In this document: one piece after another, positions 12,601 through 27,600 of the stretch | Layout of the letters: the number at the start of each line of letters is the position of its first letter | Position numbering within the stretch: position 1 is the stretch's first letter | Assembly: GCA_963924565.1 (NCBI GenBank) | Contig: OZ004615.1 | Span: 16,368,001 to 16,432,000 of the forward strand | Source: Ascidiella aspersa | Lineage: Eukaryota | Reading direction: 5' to 3' | DNA length: 64,000 bases | Translations under genes and position numbers: made by a program | The notes under the pieces: generated by a model | Database searches by the model: none | The model's input: the letters and a program-made list of their open reading frames with translations, nothing else | Told to the model about the DNA's origin: nothing

Positions 12601-15600
12601 GGACCGGCGCGTGCACTCACCCGTGCCAAGTCACGTGGGAGGCGCTTGACGACACGGCGCTGCGCGGAAAGCACTACAGGGCTGGAAAGGGAATGATCAA
12701 CTTCGCACCTGAGGAGACAAGGTTTGCTTGTCGGTTATGGCAAATTTCTGGCAACAAGTTAAATGTGCAAGCTGTGTAGTCTATTATGCAAAGTTAATCG
12801 GCATCCAATGGTTTGGGAAATATAAAATACCAGAAATGCTTGTTTGTTGTTCACCAAAAAACTGATGTAGTAAGCATACCAAAATCCCATACAGAAGTAG
12901 GTAGCTTTTTGGACGTGTCATATATCTCTTGAAAAAAAAATGAATGAAGTGATATTCGAAACGTTCGAAATAATACCTACTTCTGTATTGGCTTTGATAT
13001 TCTTACTACGTCTTAGTACAACCACTAATCATGCTCCTTTAGGTCATCGGTTTTGGATCATGTTTGTTTGAGCTTAAGGGTAGAAGTGATAACAAGGCGA
13101 GGCGTAATAGGTTAACATTCAATTTACATGAAAGATTTTTCTACATCTCTCGCCTAAAATTTATGTCACATAAATTCTATATAGTTTTAGATTTCGTGGT
13201 ATTACCACTATTAGAAGCCTGGATCTTCATGGTCCTTAAACACTCCTGTCATATTTCAGAAAAGAGATCATCATCCCAATCGTAAATGATCCCAGTGGTG
13301 ACGTCATGCACTTCAACGTCGTGTTGGGTTCAGCGAGGGGAGGCGCAAAACTGGGAGAGACCTGTCGTGCTCAAGTTATGATTGACCACGTTCAAGGTAA
13401 AACAAATCGTTTTTAAATTATTATCGGGCCTTAAGACTAGATGAATGCCTTACGAGCATGTTTGATTGATTTTTGTATTAGTGATGATATTGATTTTTGC
13501 CTATATGTTATTACGTGTGTTTTAAAATTCGCATTTGCAGTCATCTGCCATATAGAGAACATTAGATAGTCATCGTTGGCCGACTAATATAGTTACACTT
13601 TGTAGTTGTTGATTTTAATTAAACCTCATGCGCTCATGTAGAATTACTTTTGATACAACACATGTCGTAAATAAGATTCAAAGATCGTTTTTGAACTATT
13701 AGTCAGAAAGAGTTTTTTTCTTAAAATATAGCCGAAATGTAATAGTTAATAATCTATACTAGTATCGATTGTATAACTTTAAAGATAAAAGAACGTTTCA
13801 TAATAAAAGTTTTGCCATACGTTAATGTAAAGTGCCACATAACTGTATGCAGTAACAAGTTATATGGTTATTGCTGCTGCAGGCGCAAGATTTTCTGCTG
13901 TAGGCTCATTTAATCCGGTGTGGCATGGTGGAGCGCCTATAGCTTCTCAATTTCATACTTGCCTTATATCGGGTTTTGATATGCTTGCTTTTTCCCGTTA
14001 TCATGTACGAATACTTGCATGAGCGTGTGTGTTTTTGTGGCCTGCAGAAATGAAGCGTGTTTTCGAGTTGGAACAGAGAGAAGCACCGCCGATCGTTGAA
14101 AACGGTAAGTGACGTCGCCCTTTATTAGACATGCACGGTGAAAGGCATTGGCTAGTTAAATATCGCCAAATAGAAGAGTGGTTCCTAACCTCTCTTGCTT
14201 ATCGCCCCGTTCCGAAAACATAATAGATTGCGGCAACCTAACTAATGATTTGGCCTTTAGTAGTTTTCTGTAATATCACAAATAAGAAAATTGAACAACG
14301 CTCATTAACTGTACAGTGTAGGTAAATATTTTTTCTTGCGCTCTAATTCCATAAACAACTATATGAAGAGGCTTACTGATAGAGCAAAAGTACAGTTTTC
14401 AAGGATTCATAGTTCTTTCGGCACCGTTAAGCACTATAAATGGCACTTGTTTTAAAAACACTGACATAGCATTATTAATAAACTGATTGCAGAAAGCAAG
14501 AGGTTCGTAAGATCGTGCTAGTATAGGATCATTTTTCCGTCGTTTGTGTAAAATAGGCTATACCTTTGTTGTCTGTCTAACTATTACTAGAATGAGCTGC
14601 CTAGAGATTTTTTTGCCTAACTTTTAGAAGTTATGTAAAGGCGCCGGTTTCCCAAAGCTAGTACTCGATCATATAAAGACGGCGACAAATTGATCATAGT
14701 TCTACAGCATCGCATTGCCTGTGGTGCACTGTGTCAGTGCTTTTCATTCCCATTTCTAACTGCATGTTGATTCATCAGTTCAAGGCTTATAGTGAGCGCA
14801 TTTGAATTTGTAGTTGTAGGCCATGTTATTAGATGGCATTTAAAGCACGTTAATAATGTATTACATTTCCAACAGTTATTTCCATTAGGTAACTCAGAGG
14901 CGAGTGTGTTGCAATCGACGAACTTCGAATTTGGCGAATCGAGTTTTTTTTTAAGAAATAAATAGTTATATATGACAATTAAATATGACAATGGATTACC
15001 ATATATTGAAAGGCCAAAGGTTTGAGAATCAATAAACTTGAAAAAGAGCATTTATTTCAATACTCGTCTTCTCAGTTAAAAAACAATCCCGCAAGATAAC
15101 AGCTCCCAGATAAATATATGATAAGTAATAATCGAAATCGAAATCTCCGCATTGACGCTTTTCAAATCTCCTATTCCTGGTTGTTAAACACCCTTATTGT
15201 ATGCCACAGTTCACGGCGAGATCGGTTTCGCTGAAGCGACTTCGCAGCACACGCAGAGCACTGGCAAAATTGTTCTCACCCTTTTGCGAAAAACTGGTAA
15301 ACGTGGCCGCGTGGTGGTGCCGTGGAGCATTGAGAGCGATTCGCCGAAATCACCGTACCATGTAAGTAAACGAATTGTCGTACTTGTTTTTAGGTAGTCT
15401 CTAAAAGTAGTGTTTTCAACTTTGGGTACGTTTTTCATTACAATTGATTTTGTTTCACGGGAAACAATGTTGCTTTGTTTAATATTCCAGTTGAACCTTG
15501 CTCCTAGTACCAGAATTTTAGTATAATTTAAGTCAGGAGCTGTTTTAGTTATACTATTTTAGTTATATTTACTAGATTATTTATCTCTCATAGCAGGATA

Positions 15601-18600
15601 TTTGACGTTCTTCTCATAAGCTTTATATTATCCTAATTATCGGCACCGAAAAGCTTTACGCGCCAATGTTTCCCACGTATGACTTAAAAACAAATCTAAA
15701 TGCTCTTTCGCAGGATCTTCACGGTCAGGAAACGTTCAAAGACGGGGAGGAGGAAAGTCACATCGAGATCGACACCCCGGAGAAACCCCAGGGATCCGAC
15801 ATGGAAACCTTTACGTAAGAACAAACGTGAAACTATTGCACACATCGTACACCCGACGCATATTAATAGAGATTATAGCCTGGCATTGTATTTTTAACTC
15901 TAATATTCTCTTAATTTTAACAAAAAAGCTAATTGAGCTTACTTTTAAGATTTCAACATTAAGTACAGAATCCTGAATGTATAATTTATTAGTTTCCTAA
16001 AATGTGTATACTTTACTTGTAGTTTATCTTTTCTTTTTCAGTTTATGCTTGTTGACTTATAATAACATTACCTGATTGCAAAAGAAGTAGTATCAAAACG
16101 ACGGCAAATATTTCGTTATATTTTAGCCTTATCCAATATTTGCAGGGTGCTTCTCGGTGACCCTACCGGCGGAGCTGTGCTCACTGGCGACACCGAGTGT
16201 GCAGTTTGTGTCGTCAATGACGTCATACCCGGCAAGGTTGCGTTCCCGGAAGGCGCGATCGAGGCGAAGCAGTCGGAAGAGGTTTTGAAGATTCCAGTCA
16301 TAAGATACGATCGAACAGAAGGTAGGAAACGTTGTTTATTTCACGCACAAGTTAAAAAAAAACTCGTTCAACCTGAGGTCACACCTCTGTAGTTTATAGG
16401 TATGTACTAAACATTTGAAAAAAGGAGAGCAATTTAGGAATTGGGTTTTTCAGCATTACAAGAATGATTGCACTTTACTAAAACTGACGGGGAAATTCAT
16501 CGGATGTACTAGTTGCACTTTGTTTTCGTTTTACCTATTAGTTAGTGACGATGCAATTTAATTTGCATTATGGTGGGAGGATATTATAAGGTCTTTATTA
16601 GAAATCCAAATACTTGGCTCAATTGTATTTTACTGTAAATTGTATATTCTCAAACAATATAAAATATGCAGAAGCAGCGAAAAGGTTTCCCAGATATTGC
16701 TGAATATTTTAGTCTGCTTTTTGCGACGAACTGTGGAGTCGTACAATTTTCCAATCAAAACCTGTAATGTAGATTTTACAATTTCTATACATTCTAAAGC
16801 AGTGTTTCGCAACCTTTTTTAGCTTGCGGCACCCTGAAGAAATTTTAAATAGTTCGTGGCACCCTTGCACGTATTTTTGCCGAGTGGTTAACTGTAACGT
16901 TACATTAAACGATATTGAAACAGCAAATTAACTGTGTAACAATGTTGAAAACACCTTTTCAATTTTTTGCACTTTTATCTTACACAAAAAATTGTATCAA
17001 AAAGCTTACCACAAAAGCAAAAATTAGTATCCCTAAAAATGTGAAATATTTGTCGGCAGATTCAGATGCAGATTTAGATTCAATTTATTTTTGTGGATGT
17101 TTGCAAACATTAAAAAACAAAGTAACATAAAGAATAACACAAGGACAGCGAAAGGACCGTTTGGTCATCGAGTCGACCTGCCCATAATCTTAAATGGCAC
17201 CTTAAAGTGCCGCAGCATCCCTGGTGAGAACCACAGTTCTATTATGAAGCTAACTAAACTTCCCACTGGTCGCAGGAAAAGTCCGCGTGCCGTGGAAAAC
17301 CAGCAGCGACGACCCCGAGTCGCCCTACGCCAACCTCTCCGGCATCGAGACGTTCGAAGACGGAGAAGAGACGTCGCACATCACCGTTCCTCTGCCCAAG
17401 CAACCACGTTATGACGACGAGGAACGCTTCGTCGTCTGGCTGGCGCCGCCCAAGACTAGCGAGTGCGTGCTGGGCGAGGTGGAATCCTGCCAAGTGGCTG
17501 TCGTCAACGACATCAGTAAGTTGTTTTTATTGTGTGATAACATGCGTGTAAACGGCTTTTCGATTGCCTGACCGACACGACACCAAGTGCGATTTTTCAG
17601 TTTTTTGCATGATAAATAGGTGGCGTTAAAAAGGAGTTAGCGATTCAGAGAAAGTTAGCGGATTTTAATTTTACTTCTTTGAAATGTGAATTTTTTGCTT
17701 CGAAATTTGACTTTGTTATTTTTGTCGTATTGGAAGTTTTGGATTTTTATAAATTATGCTGCTATAGGTTTTATGTTAAAACAAAACGCTACAAATATGT
17801 TTTTAAAGTTTTTATGTGCAGTACCAAACTGCGAACTATTATTATAAAAGTTTATCTGAAATAAACCTTTACATTGCTGTTCTTATATGCACCCGAATAG
17901 CCTTCCAACTAATCATTTTACAGTTCATTTAATGTTTTAGCGACCACGTCTTATATAATGACGCAAAATAGCTTGTTGTGCTGTCAATGGACAATAATAG
18001 ACGACTCATTGCTTCTACTTGACTTCTCAGATCCAGGCATGATCACCTTCAGTCAGACCACGGCTCAGGCGCTACAGAGCGAGGGCAAAGTCCACTTGAC
18101 AATCTTCCGATCCCAGAACACACAGGGAAGGGTTGTCGTGCCCTGGAAGCTAATTCCCGAAAGTCCCGATTCTGTATATGTTGGAGTAACTGGTAATAAT
18201 ACCATTTTTTAAACATTTATATTAAATGCTGTTTTTGTTTTCTTAAATTTTTGCTTTTTATAAGAATATCAAAGCTCATACAGAAGTAGGAATCATTTGA
18301 ACTTTCTAATAACTCTTTATTCATTTTCAACTCCAGTGAAATGTACAGCGAAATACAATCTTGAAAATAAATAAAGAGTTATTCGAAACGTTCAAAATGA
18401 TACCAACTCTGTATGGGCTTTGATATTCTTATTACGTCTTACTGCAACCTCCTACCATTATGCTGCAAAGTTGCTTTTTATGTTTCACGTTTAATATGAA
18501 TTCAAGCTCTACTGTATAAGTTGAAAGCACACATTTACCGGAGCAGGTCAAATATAAAATACGTTTTCTTGCTTAACGTTGTAAAATTCGGTCTACTTAG

Positions 18601-21600
18601 AAATTGTTTTACCAGATGGACAGCAGTTAATTAGTTGTTATAAAATAGTACATCATCGTCATAATACTTGAACTTAGGTAAACTATGCACTTGCGTCGCC
18701 TCATAGCAGTAATAACCCTGAGTGTTCCCCAGGCGAAACCACACTTGAGGACGGCGAGGAACACGGAGCGGTGGAGGTCGCTCTACCGCAACTGCCACTC
18801 AGCAATCCGGCCGAGACGGTAACCGTGGCACTGGAACCTCCGCTGGCCAACCACGCCAAGCTGGCCGACGACGCCATGTGCACCACAGCCATTGTGCACG
18901 ACCTAGGTACGTTGTCTACCGCAGACGCTTTGAGTGAAGAACAAAACGAAACACGAATATGGTAAAAAATCGGCCTTGTATTTTTAAAATGACTACATTT
19001 AATGGAAACTATGGAAGAAAAGATAGATACTAAGCGGGGTCCTAACTGCAACACAATATTTTTAAACTAAGCGACAAAAATGAAATGTAGATATTGTTAC
19101 ATTGATCCTGATTATTTATTTTTCCATTATACCTAAAATTTTAAGTAAAGCGTATCCACACAAGTTCAAAAACACGTTTGATTTTTTGTTGATTCGGAAC
19201 AAGAATTTGTAGCTTTATACGCATACTGATGGCTGAAATTGACCCATAAAAGTTTGAAATTAAAGTGAAATGTTTTTTATCCATGTCGTATTGTTCTTTA
19301 TAACTTGTGTTGCACGATGTAAAATGGTAACTAAACGGCTTTAAGGTAACGGGTCGTTTTTCAGGTTTGTTGTCCGATAAGCTCAGATTTAATTTAGCTA
19401 AAAACGTTTCTCAATAAAGATAATGCTCGTTATTGTCAAAACTGTAAATTCTTCTCTTTAAACATAATTGATCGATACGTTCGGTGTAGCCAACTTATAT
19501 TTTTAAGCAACTTCACTGTGCTTACATGTTTTACTTATTCTCCAAAAGGCGAGGGCTTGATCGAGATGCGCTCGCACGAGCTGACGTGCAACAGCGAAGA
19601 CGGCGAAGCACTTGTGGCTGTCGTCAGAAAACTAGGCTGCGATTTCCCTGCCGAGGTCACGTGGTCTGCCGAGGAGGGCGACGCGCTTTTTGGTCAGCAC
19701 TTTGACGCAGAGAAAGGTAAAACGAAGACTAACGTTTCTATTTACTTTGTTGAATTGGAGAAAACTTGATTAAATGTACCCAGCCGGAAGGCTAAATCCA
19801 ATCAAATAGAATCTATATAAAAGTACAACTAAAATTAATGGATGTTTACGAATAATTATGGGAAAATGGGTAACAAAAGATGGTACAATACAATCTATGT
19901 AATTACCAAAATGTGGCAACCTAGAACTGTTTCCGTTGATGTTCATCAAATAATTGTTACCACTCATTATATAACTATAGCCTTTCAAACTACATTTATT
20001 TCCTCGGAAATAGGGCTCCGAAAATATAGCGTTCATTCTCGGGGCATTGTGGGATTTTCTAATTACTTTTTGCTTCGTGCAGGAAAATTGAAATTCAAAC
20101 CGGGCGAGGCAGAGCGCAGCATCCACATTCCGATACTGAATGACCCGAGTGGCGAGGCACGTCACTTCCAGGTCGTCCTGACAGGGGTCAAGGGTCGCGA
20201 CAAGGTCGGCGAAAACGACATCTGCAAAATCAACATCGACAACGAAGCCAGTAAGTGTTTTCTCATCTGTAGTGATATACTTTGGTACACTATGTACGGA
20301 TAATTGATAATGAATCGCAAAGATAAAAAGGTCGAGTAGATTGACAACATCTTGATTAAGACGTTTCGATACGAGCTTGTATAATCTTCAGTCTATCTAC
20401 TCGACCTTTTTGGCTTTGCCATTTATTATCAAGCTATAGTGATACAGTAATACGAGTTCGTAAAATTTTGTTTTTTCTAATAAATCAAATTCGCCAGATG
20501 CTATAGTAAGGATTTTTGTAACATTTTTAAATCTTTTAAATTGTTTTCGTTGTGTTGAATACGACACCAAACATATCGTGACATTACGGGTTTAGATGTT
20601 GAGTTGGGTGGTAACATGTTGCGGAATACTGCTGGATTTTATTTTATTAACTTTATGTCCATCATTTTCACAGCACCGCCGAACGTGGTGAGTGACTTCG
20701 ACGCCGACTTAAGCGGGCCCCAGGCCGTAAATACGTCTTGGCTTGCGGCCGAAGAAGGTGCGCCGGTGAAGGGTTACAAGGTTACCTACTGGAGTCGACC
20801 AGGCACCGTGAAGAGCCTGCGAGTCCCAGCCGAGGTAAAACTCTTGCGAGTCTATTTTGACGAATCCTACTGTATTCACAATTGCACACTTTTGTACGCT
20901 TGGGCTGTTACAATTTATTTTATATTATGTACTTATTACGTGTATTATAATATTATGTAATGAAGTTTTAAAATGGTATAATATGTAGTGTTTGTATTAC
21001 TCGACTAGAGTTTTTTTTTTCGGACTATGGGTGTAATTTTGTATGCTGATAAGCTAGCTTATAGGATTGGACAAATCACATCAAGATTCCCATGTTTCTT
21101 CTTCTGTATGTTGCAAAATCCGTTGGGAAGCAATTTTGTAGGAATTAAGAATCAAGTAACAAACGTTTTTGAAGATGAAATACATGAAGTTTGAAAAGAC
21201 AAAATCGAAAAAGTTTGTTATGTTTTCCGTATTCTCATTTAGGAAACATCGGCCGTTCTTGAGGACCTTCAACCCAACACTCCCTACCAAGTCAACGTTC
21301 GTCCTTTCAACGAGGTCGGGGACGGTCCCGCTTCCGAAACTTTGGTAGTGGAAACACAGCCAGGTAAAAACAGTTTTTTTTTTCAAACACAATGCACCAC
21401 AATGATTGTAGATAGAACTCTGATGGAATAACATACGTTTTGCAATAAATATCGTTTGAATATAACAATGTAGTAAATGTTCCCGAAACTTGGAAAGCAG
21501 GAGTTAGATTTTAACCGCTAATGAAGATATTTAGATCATTTTCGAACACAATCAAGACAATATAGTTTAAAATAAAGGTAAACTAATGACAAACAAAACG

Positions 21601-24600
21601 GCTAACCTGAACATCGTTTTGCATTTTGTATGCCAGGAAAAGGGTAAAATTACTCCTAAAACAATTATAATATTAACAAGGATATCATTAAATTGCAGCG
21701 CCATAAATATTTCTCGAGCGATATCACACAAAACAAGGTCCAAGCGATACGATAGGTTTAATTGGATTATTGTATCCAAGCCTTACGAGACTTAATTTTG
21801 TGGCAGAGTTGCGCCTCGCCTACCAGACCCCGGTGCAAGTGAAGACCAGCCAGCAGGTGGTCGACCTCACCCTGAAGAGGAACATCAAGGAGTTCACCGA
21901 CGTTGTAACGTGGAAGGTCATCAAGGAAGTGAGAAGGAGGAACAAGTCGGCTCCCAGCTCCACCACATCCAGCAGCCAGTCGAGCGGATCAAGGTGAGTT
22001 GATGTGACCACTTTAAACGGGATCTAAAGTAGAAGGCGTTTTATAATCAGGAGGGTTTGCCAGAATTGCCGTTGTAGCTTCGTTTGAAGTTTCTTATTAG
22101 ACCATCAACATATTTAGCAACTGTGTAATAATGAGTTTCGACTACCAGGCAACCAGACTGAGATATGTTTAAAATTCATAACCATTAACTAGCAAAAGTT
22201 TCGACAGATCTTGGTAACATCATCCACTAATCAGATGTCCTATATTAATGTTACACTCTATTAAAATGAGGGATTGTTTAGATTAAAACAATTGTGGTAT
22301 TTTCGCACTTTTTAAGTACATTTAAAAAGAGTTTATTGTTATCTTCGCTAAGGTGACAAAGGCAACAGTGAATTGCCACTGGCTCTACCTTATATAATGA
22401 TACACCGCTTAAATATATAACGACGGTGATGTCCACAACTGCTGAACACCGCAAAGCTTGTATTTATTAACAACATTTGCCAAAATGATGTTGGCGAAAG
22501 CGAATTCAGTAAACGTTCCTAGTAGAAAGTATTAACAAACAATTATCGACAATAATAATAAAAAAAATCTGTATGCAACCTCGAGACAAAAAAACAACGC
22601 TTTCATCTTCGCACGATCAAAATGACACAGCACGAATAATTTCGATTGTTTTTTCGACGTAGCTCTTCAAGCTCCAGCAGCGACTCAACAACCGGTGCTT
22701 CCCCCGCCCCAGTGGTTAGCAGCGGCGAGCTGGAGTACGCCCCAGGGGCCGACACCGTCACCCTCCAGTTCCCTCTCAAGCAGGACATGCGCCACTCGTC
22801 GCAGCTCTATCGTCTGATCGTCCGACCCAAGCGAATATTTTCCGCCTCCGCTGAAGAGCAAGGGAGGACCCCTGAGCAACAAGAAGAGGAGGACGGAAAG
22901 GAGCGTCCTCTCGCCAACATCGAGCTCAACGTTATCAACGACACAGGTGAGAAACAAACTAAACACACTAAAATTCGACAAAAAAGTATTTCTTGAACAA
23001 CCATTCAACAAAAAAGTGTTTTTTAAACAACTATATAAGCAGCCTTTGTGGTCGATTGAGTGAATAGGCGCTTGTTGATCAACTGTTTATGTTATTTATT
23101 GGGCGTCTGTGGATGTATTAGACTTAATTTGTATGATGGCCTTTTATTCGCGCTTGTATTCCTATAGGTTTTAATTTATTTCATTTCTACTCTGGCCTGA
23201 CAAAGCACGGTTGTGCGAACGCTTGTCAAGCTTTTAATACAGTTTGTCGTTAAAGAGTGACAACTGATTCCGTTTATTAGGTGTGATAAGTTGTTACACA
23301 CAGCTTTAAAAGGGATCATAATTTGCAGAAGACTTTCGTCGTATCAAGGGCACTGCTTTGACAAACCACATTTCCACCATGGAACTATACAAATTTTAAT
23401 TGCTTCACGCGCATTTAGGTTACCCGGGTCGCGTGCGCAAGCCTTTTGCTGCTTCCATGAGTCCAAACGAGTGTACCGTGTCTTGGGAGCCTCCGGCCTT
23501 CGGTGGACCTGTCGAGGGCTACAGGGTGATTGCAAAATCTGACGGTAAGTTTAAATACGGTTGTTTGGTGAAAATTTATTAAAAGTCCAAGTTTACAAAC
23601 TACTCTAAACCGTGAAAAAATAGATTCTTTTTGCAATTTATAAAGTCTCATAGGGTTTCAGATAAACACTTTGCAATTAATCTGTTTCGGTTAACTTAGG
23701 CTAATATTATCCAAAATTTATATTGTTTTGACTTAATCCACACCCGTGTGTGACAAATGCTGTATTTCCATAAACTGCGCAAGGTGATAAAGAAGGAAGC
23801 CTTAGTATAACTACAGATAAAATTAGCCAACGGAATCACAACGTTTACATTTACCCGACATGTTAGAATAAAAAACTCGTAGAATCCCTATGATTTGTTT
23901 ATTATTTCGTTCACGCGTGGCCTCACATTTTCGACAGTAAGTAATATTACCACACCTCGAAACCATATTCAATTGACGTCACCAGATGCTCCAAACGCCG
24001 AAACGATGGTTGGCCCCGACGAGAGAAAGTTAACCATCACTGGAATGAAGCCCTCCACTAAGTACAGGGTGTTCGTCCAGCCATACAATAAGGTTGGCAA
24101 CGCACGCCCGTCATCCACAGCGACCGTTGTCACACAAGACGGTGAGCGGCTTACTTTACCGGTTGTTTAGTATCTCGATGAAGAAAACGCAATTGATTGA
24201 TTTGGAATACCTTTAAAATGCGTTCAGTTGCCTGACAACTTTTAGAAAAATGCATGTTTTTTAATTTAGAGTAAACCGCATAACGTTATCATGATACACA
24301 CCGTTTCTTATGGTTATTTAAAATGAATAGCAAGATAATTAAAAATGGATAGATGACATTAAAAACTCGCGCGAAATTTCCGCAACTACTATAAACTAGA
24401 TCGGGTAATAACAAAAAACTGCGATAATTAATCAATAACTTGTAACTTTTAAATCCGAATACGCATTTGTCCATTTTTATGGTCACGCCCAACGGATATT
24501 TGTGCCACGCCTACCAGAAACAACGTGGCCGTCCAGTGAAGTAACCCTATAGTAAGGGTTCTTACACTTTTTTTACCGCGAACCCCTACATTTTTTTTGC

Positions 24601-27600
24601 TCCGCGTGGACCACGGTACACAAGAAATTTTCACATATGACGTCACAATCAAATAGACATCAAAATTATGCTGATTTTTCATAAATTTACGTCAGAATAA
24701 AATTTGACTTTCAGAAGCATGCTCATAATTAAAATGGAGTCAAAAATACATTCAGTGCTAAACCGTTTAATATTTAATTATACTCTTTTCTTTGAAAAAT
24801 AGATTACTTCTTGTATATACTAATATTTCAATCCATGGACCCCAGTTTAAAACAATCCATTGACCCCAGTTTAAAACCCCTGCCCTATAGCAATTCCTAA
24901 AAGCTCAATAGTCGACCCAGGCGGAGTTTTAACGTAATTCTCTCCTTCGCTTGTCCGACCCGCAGAAATGAAGATCGAGTTTACGGAGCGCTTCTTCTCG
25001 TTCAAGACCAGCGACAAGGTGGCGGTGATTCCCCTCAAGCGCCACTTCACGCGCGGTTACGCGACCCTGCATTGGAACGTGCGCTGGTGCAAGACGAGCG
25101 ATGCCTCCGACGCTTCAGGATCCGACTCCGAGTCGGAGAGCGACGTAAGTTAAGGCCCGTTTACACTACAGCTGATCTGCATTACCAAGTATTTTAGTTC
25201 GACGAGATCGCTGTTCGGTGCTGAAATTTGCACCAATAAATTAAAAAAAACGATTTTCTGTTTAAAGGCCCGTTTACACTACAGCTGATCTGGGCGTGAA
25301 ATTGCGTTTGTACTATTAACAATGCATAATCACTTTCACGCTTGGAATGGCTTTTGAGAAAAGCGTAAAAATCGCCCAAAGCCTAACTTTTTGCTAGCTG
25401 CACGGAGCTTGAGTTTAGCAAAGCGTGAAACGCTCGCCACAATAGAATTTAAATGTAAATACACTTTGCTCAGATCAGCGCAGCTGTAGTGTAAACGGGC
25501 TTTTAGACCTTCGGAACGAATATAGTTTTATTTTAAATTTATTGGTGCAAATGTCAGCACCGCGCAGCGGTTTCGTCGAAATAAAACACTAGGTAATGCA
25601 GTTGGCGGGATATCTCTCGCTTTAACCTTCTTTGGTTTTAATTTAGTTTGAAGGCCTGTCTTTTTTTGACACCCAACACAACGTAAATTTTGCGGTTTTG
25701 CTTAATTGGAAAACTTGAAACTCCGCAGGGTCGCGGTCGCGATTGGGCCTCGGGCTCCGTGTCCTTCCCGGACGGAGTCGACAGGTCCGAGGTTCGAATC
25801 CCGCTGCAGCAGGCAACGCCTGCACCTGTGTCGAGGAAGCGATCCTTTTTCTGGCTCCACGTGGTCGATCCCAACAAGAAGAAGCGTCTCGCTGCCATGC
25901 GATGCAAGCTGGTGGACGACAAGGGTATGACAAACTCGACCGTTGCACTAACAATACTGGGCAACACTGCTACTTACATGTATCTAATTGTAAACTATGT
26001 TTATAGCTAAGAGAATATAATAACTAGCTTTAACGGGGTACTTGTCTAAAATTTCCCCTTCTGATTGTTTTATACTGGGTAAATAAAAACAATGGTATGG
26101 ATTTTGATACTTGATTTTCTCTAGTAAGCCTACACAGAAAAATGCTGTACTTTTCAAGGATGTTGTATTTTGGTTAAGTTCTTGTTTATTACGTGATGAT
26201 TTTGTCGGCTATTTTCAGCCTACGGCTCGGTTGGTTTCAAGAACGCGATCGACACCCTTCGCGGCGTGTTCGACGCCACCGACGTCCTTGTCTTGCCCCT
26301 GACACGCTCCAACGGCTCTGACGGTCACGTGACTGTGGCGTGGGAGGTCGTGTGCCCCGACAGCGCCACCTATCTGCTGTCGGACGAGAGAGACGGGGTT
26401 GTGGCGCTTGTCGACGGCGACGAGTACTCTCACGTCGCGTTGAAGTTGAGTCCGTCGTGGGTGGACGATTTTCAGTCACGTGACCCGGTTGACGTCACTG
26501 TGGTGCTGACGTCAGCGGGTTTGGGCGCCAAGCTTGATGACGAACACACTCGCTGCGTTGTCAGCCTAGTCCCCGGTGAGGATCTTGATATTGGCAGGAC
26601 TGTGTCGTATTGTTTGTCTGCATCTTGAGGCGACATATTCTACTTTCTTTGTCGTTCTTTCTGTTCAACACCAAGGTTTCTCAACCGTTCGCAGGAAATC
26701 TATTGTGAAGGTAACTTTGAGTTCCCACAGTGCCGATTGCACTATGCGAAGTTGCCATTTCGGTCCGTGTTTGGGACGCAAACGCCAGTTAGATTTCACA
26801 TAGCTGCACCGGTTGAGAACCTGTTTCTTCCTTCTAATTATTGAACACCGGTCGTAATTTACCAACACGTCGGTGGAATTGAAACACTGCATGTCACTTG
26901 TCTGTTGTACAACCCTAATCGTAGGCTGTATGTCACTTAGTGTGTGGCGTAACATACAGCGAGTAACACTACAAGGATTTATTGCGTTACCTAGAAACGT
27001 TTCAAACCTTGGTCTAACCAAATGCGTGTGTGTGTGTGTTAGAATACGATTTATCTAACGTAACAGTCTTACATTTTACAGGCAACTCATAACAAATAAC
27101 CAAATATTGTAATTCACTTCGCCGAACAGGGCAAAGTTACAATTTTGTACTGACAAAAACGTGCAACAAACGTAACACACGTGGCATGACACCCAGCATC
27201 TAATAACAGTTGGAAGGTAATACTTGACCTAATTAGCTGCATGCACCAATACGTGTAAAAAACGATTACTCATATATTTTTACTGTTAATTCGTATTTTG
27301 TCAAGCACACTAATTTCAATTTAAAGAAATAAATTTACATATGAGTTCACAAACTACAATACATTTTAATTTGGAACCATTTTCATTCAACAAACAAAAA
27401 ATATTATTTACCCAAGTTTGCGATATTGTATTGTTTGTTCTCTAGAATGAGTGCAAAACGTAGCAGTAACAAAGTAACTTTTGCGTGTCTTAACAAAATA
27501 ACTTTAGTATCTTGTAAGTTTGTTGTAGATCTGTTTTATATTTTGCTGTCAAACAAAGGTAACCATTTGTTCTGTCAACACACAACAAACAAGTCATATT

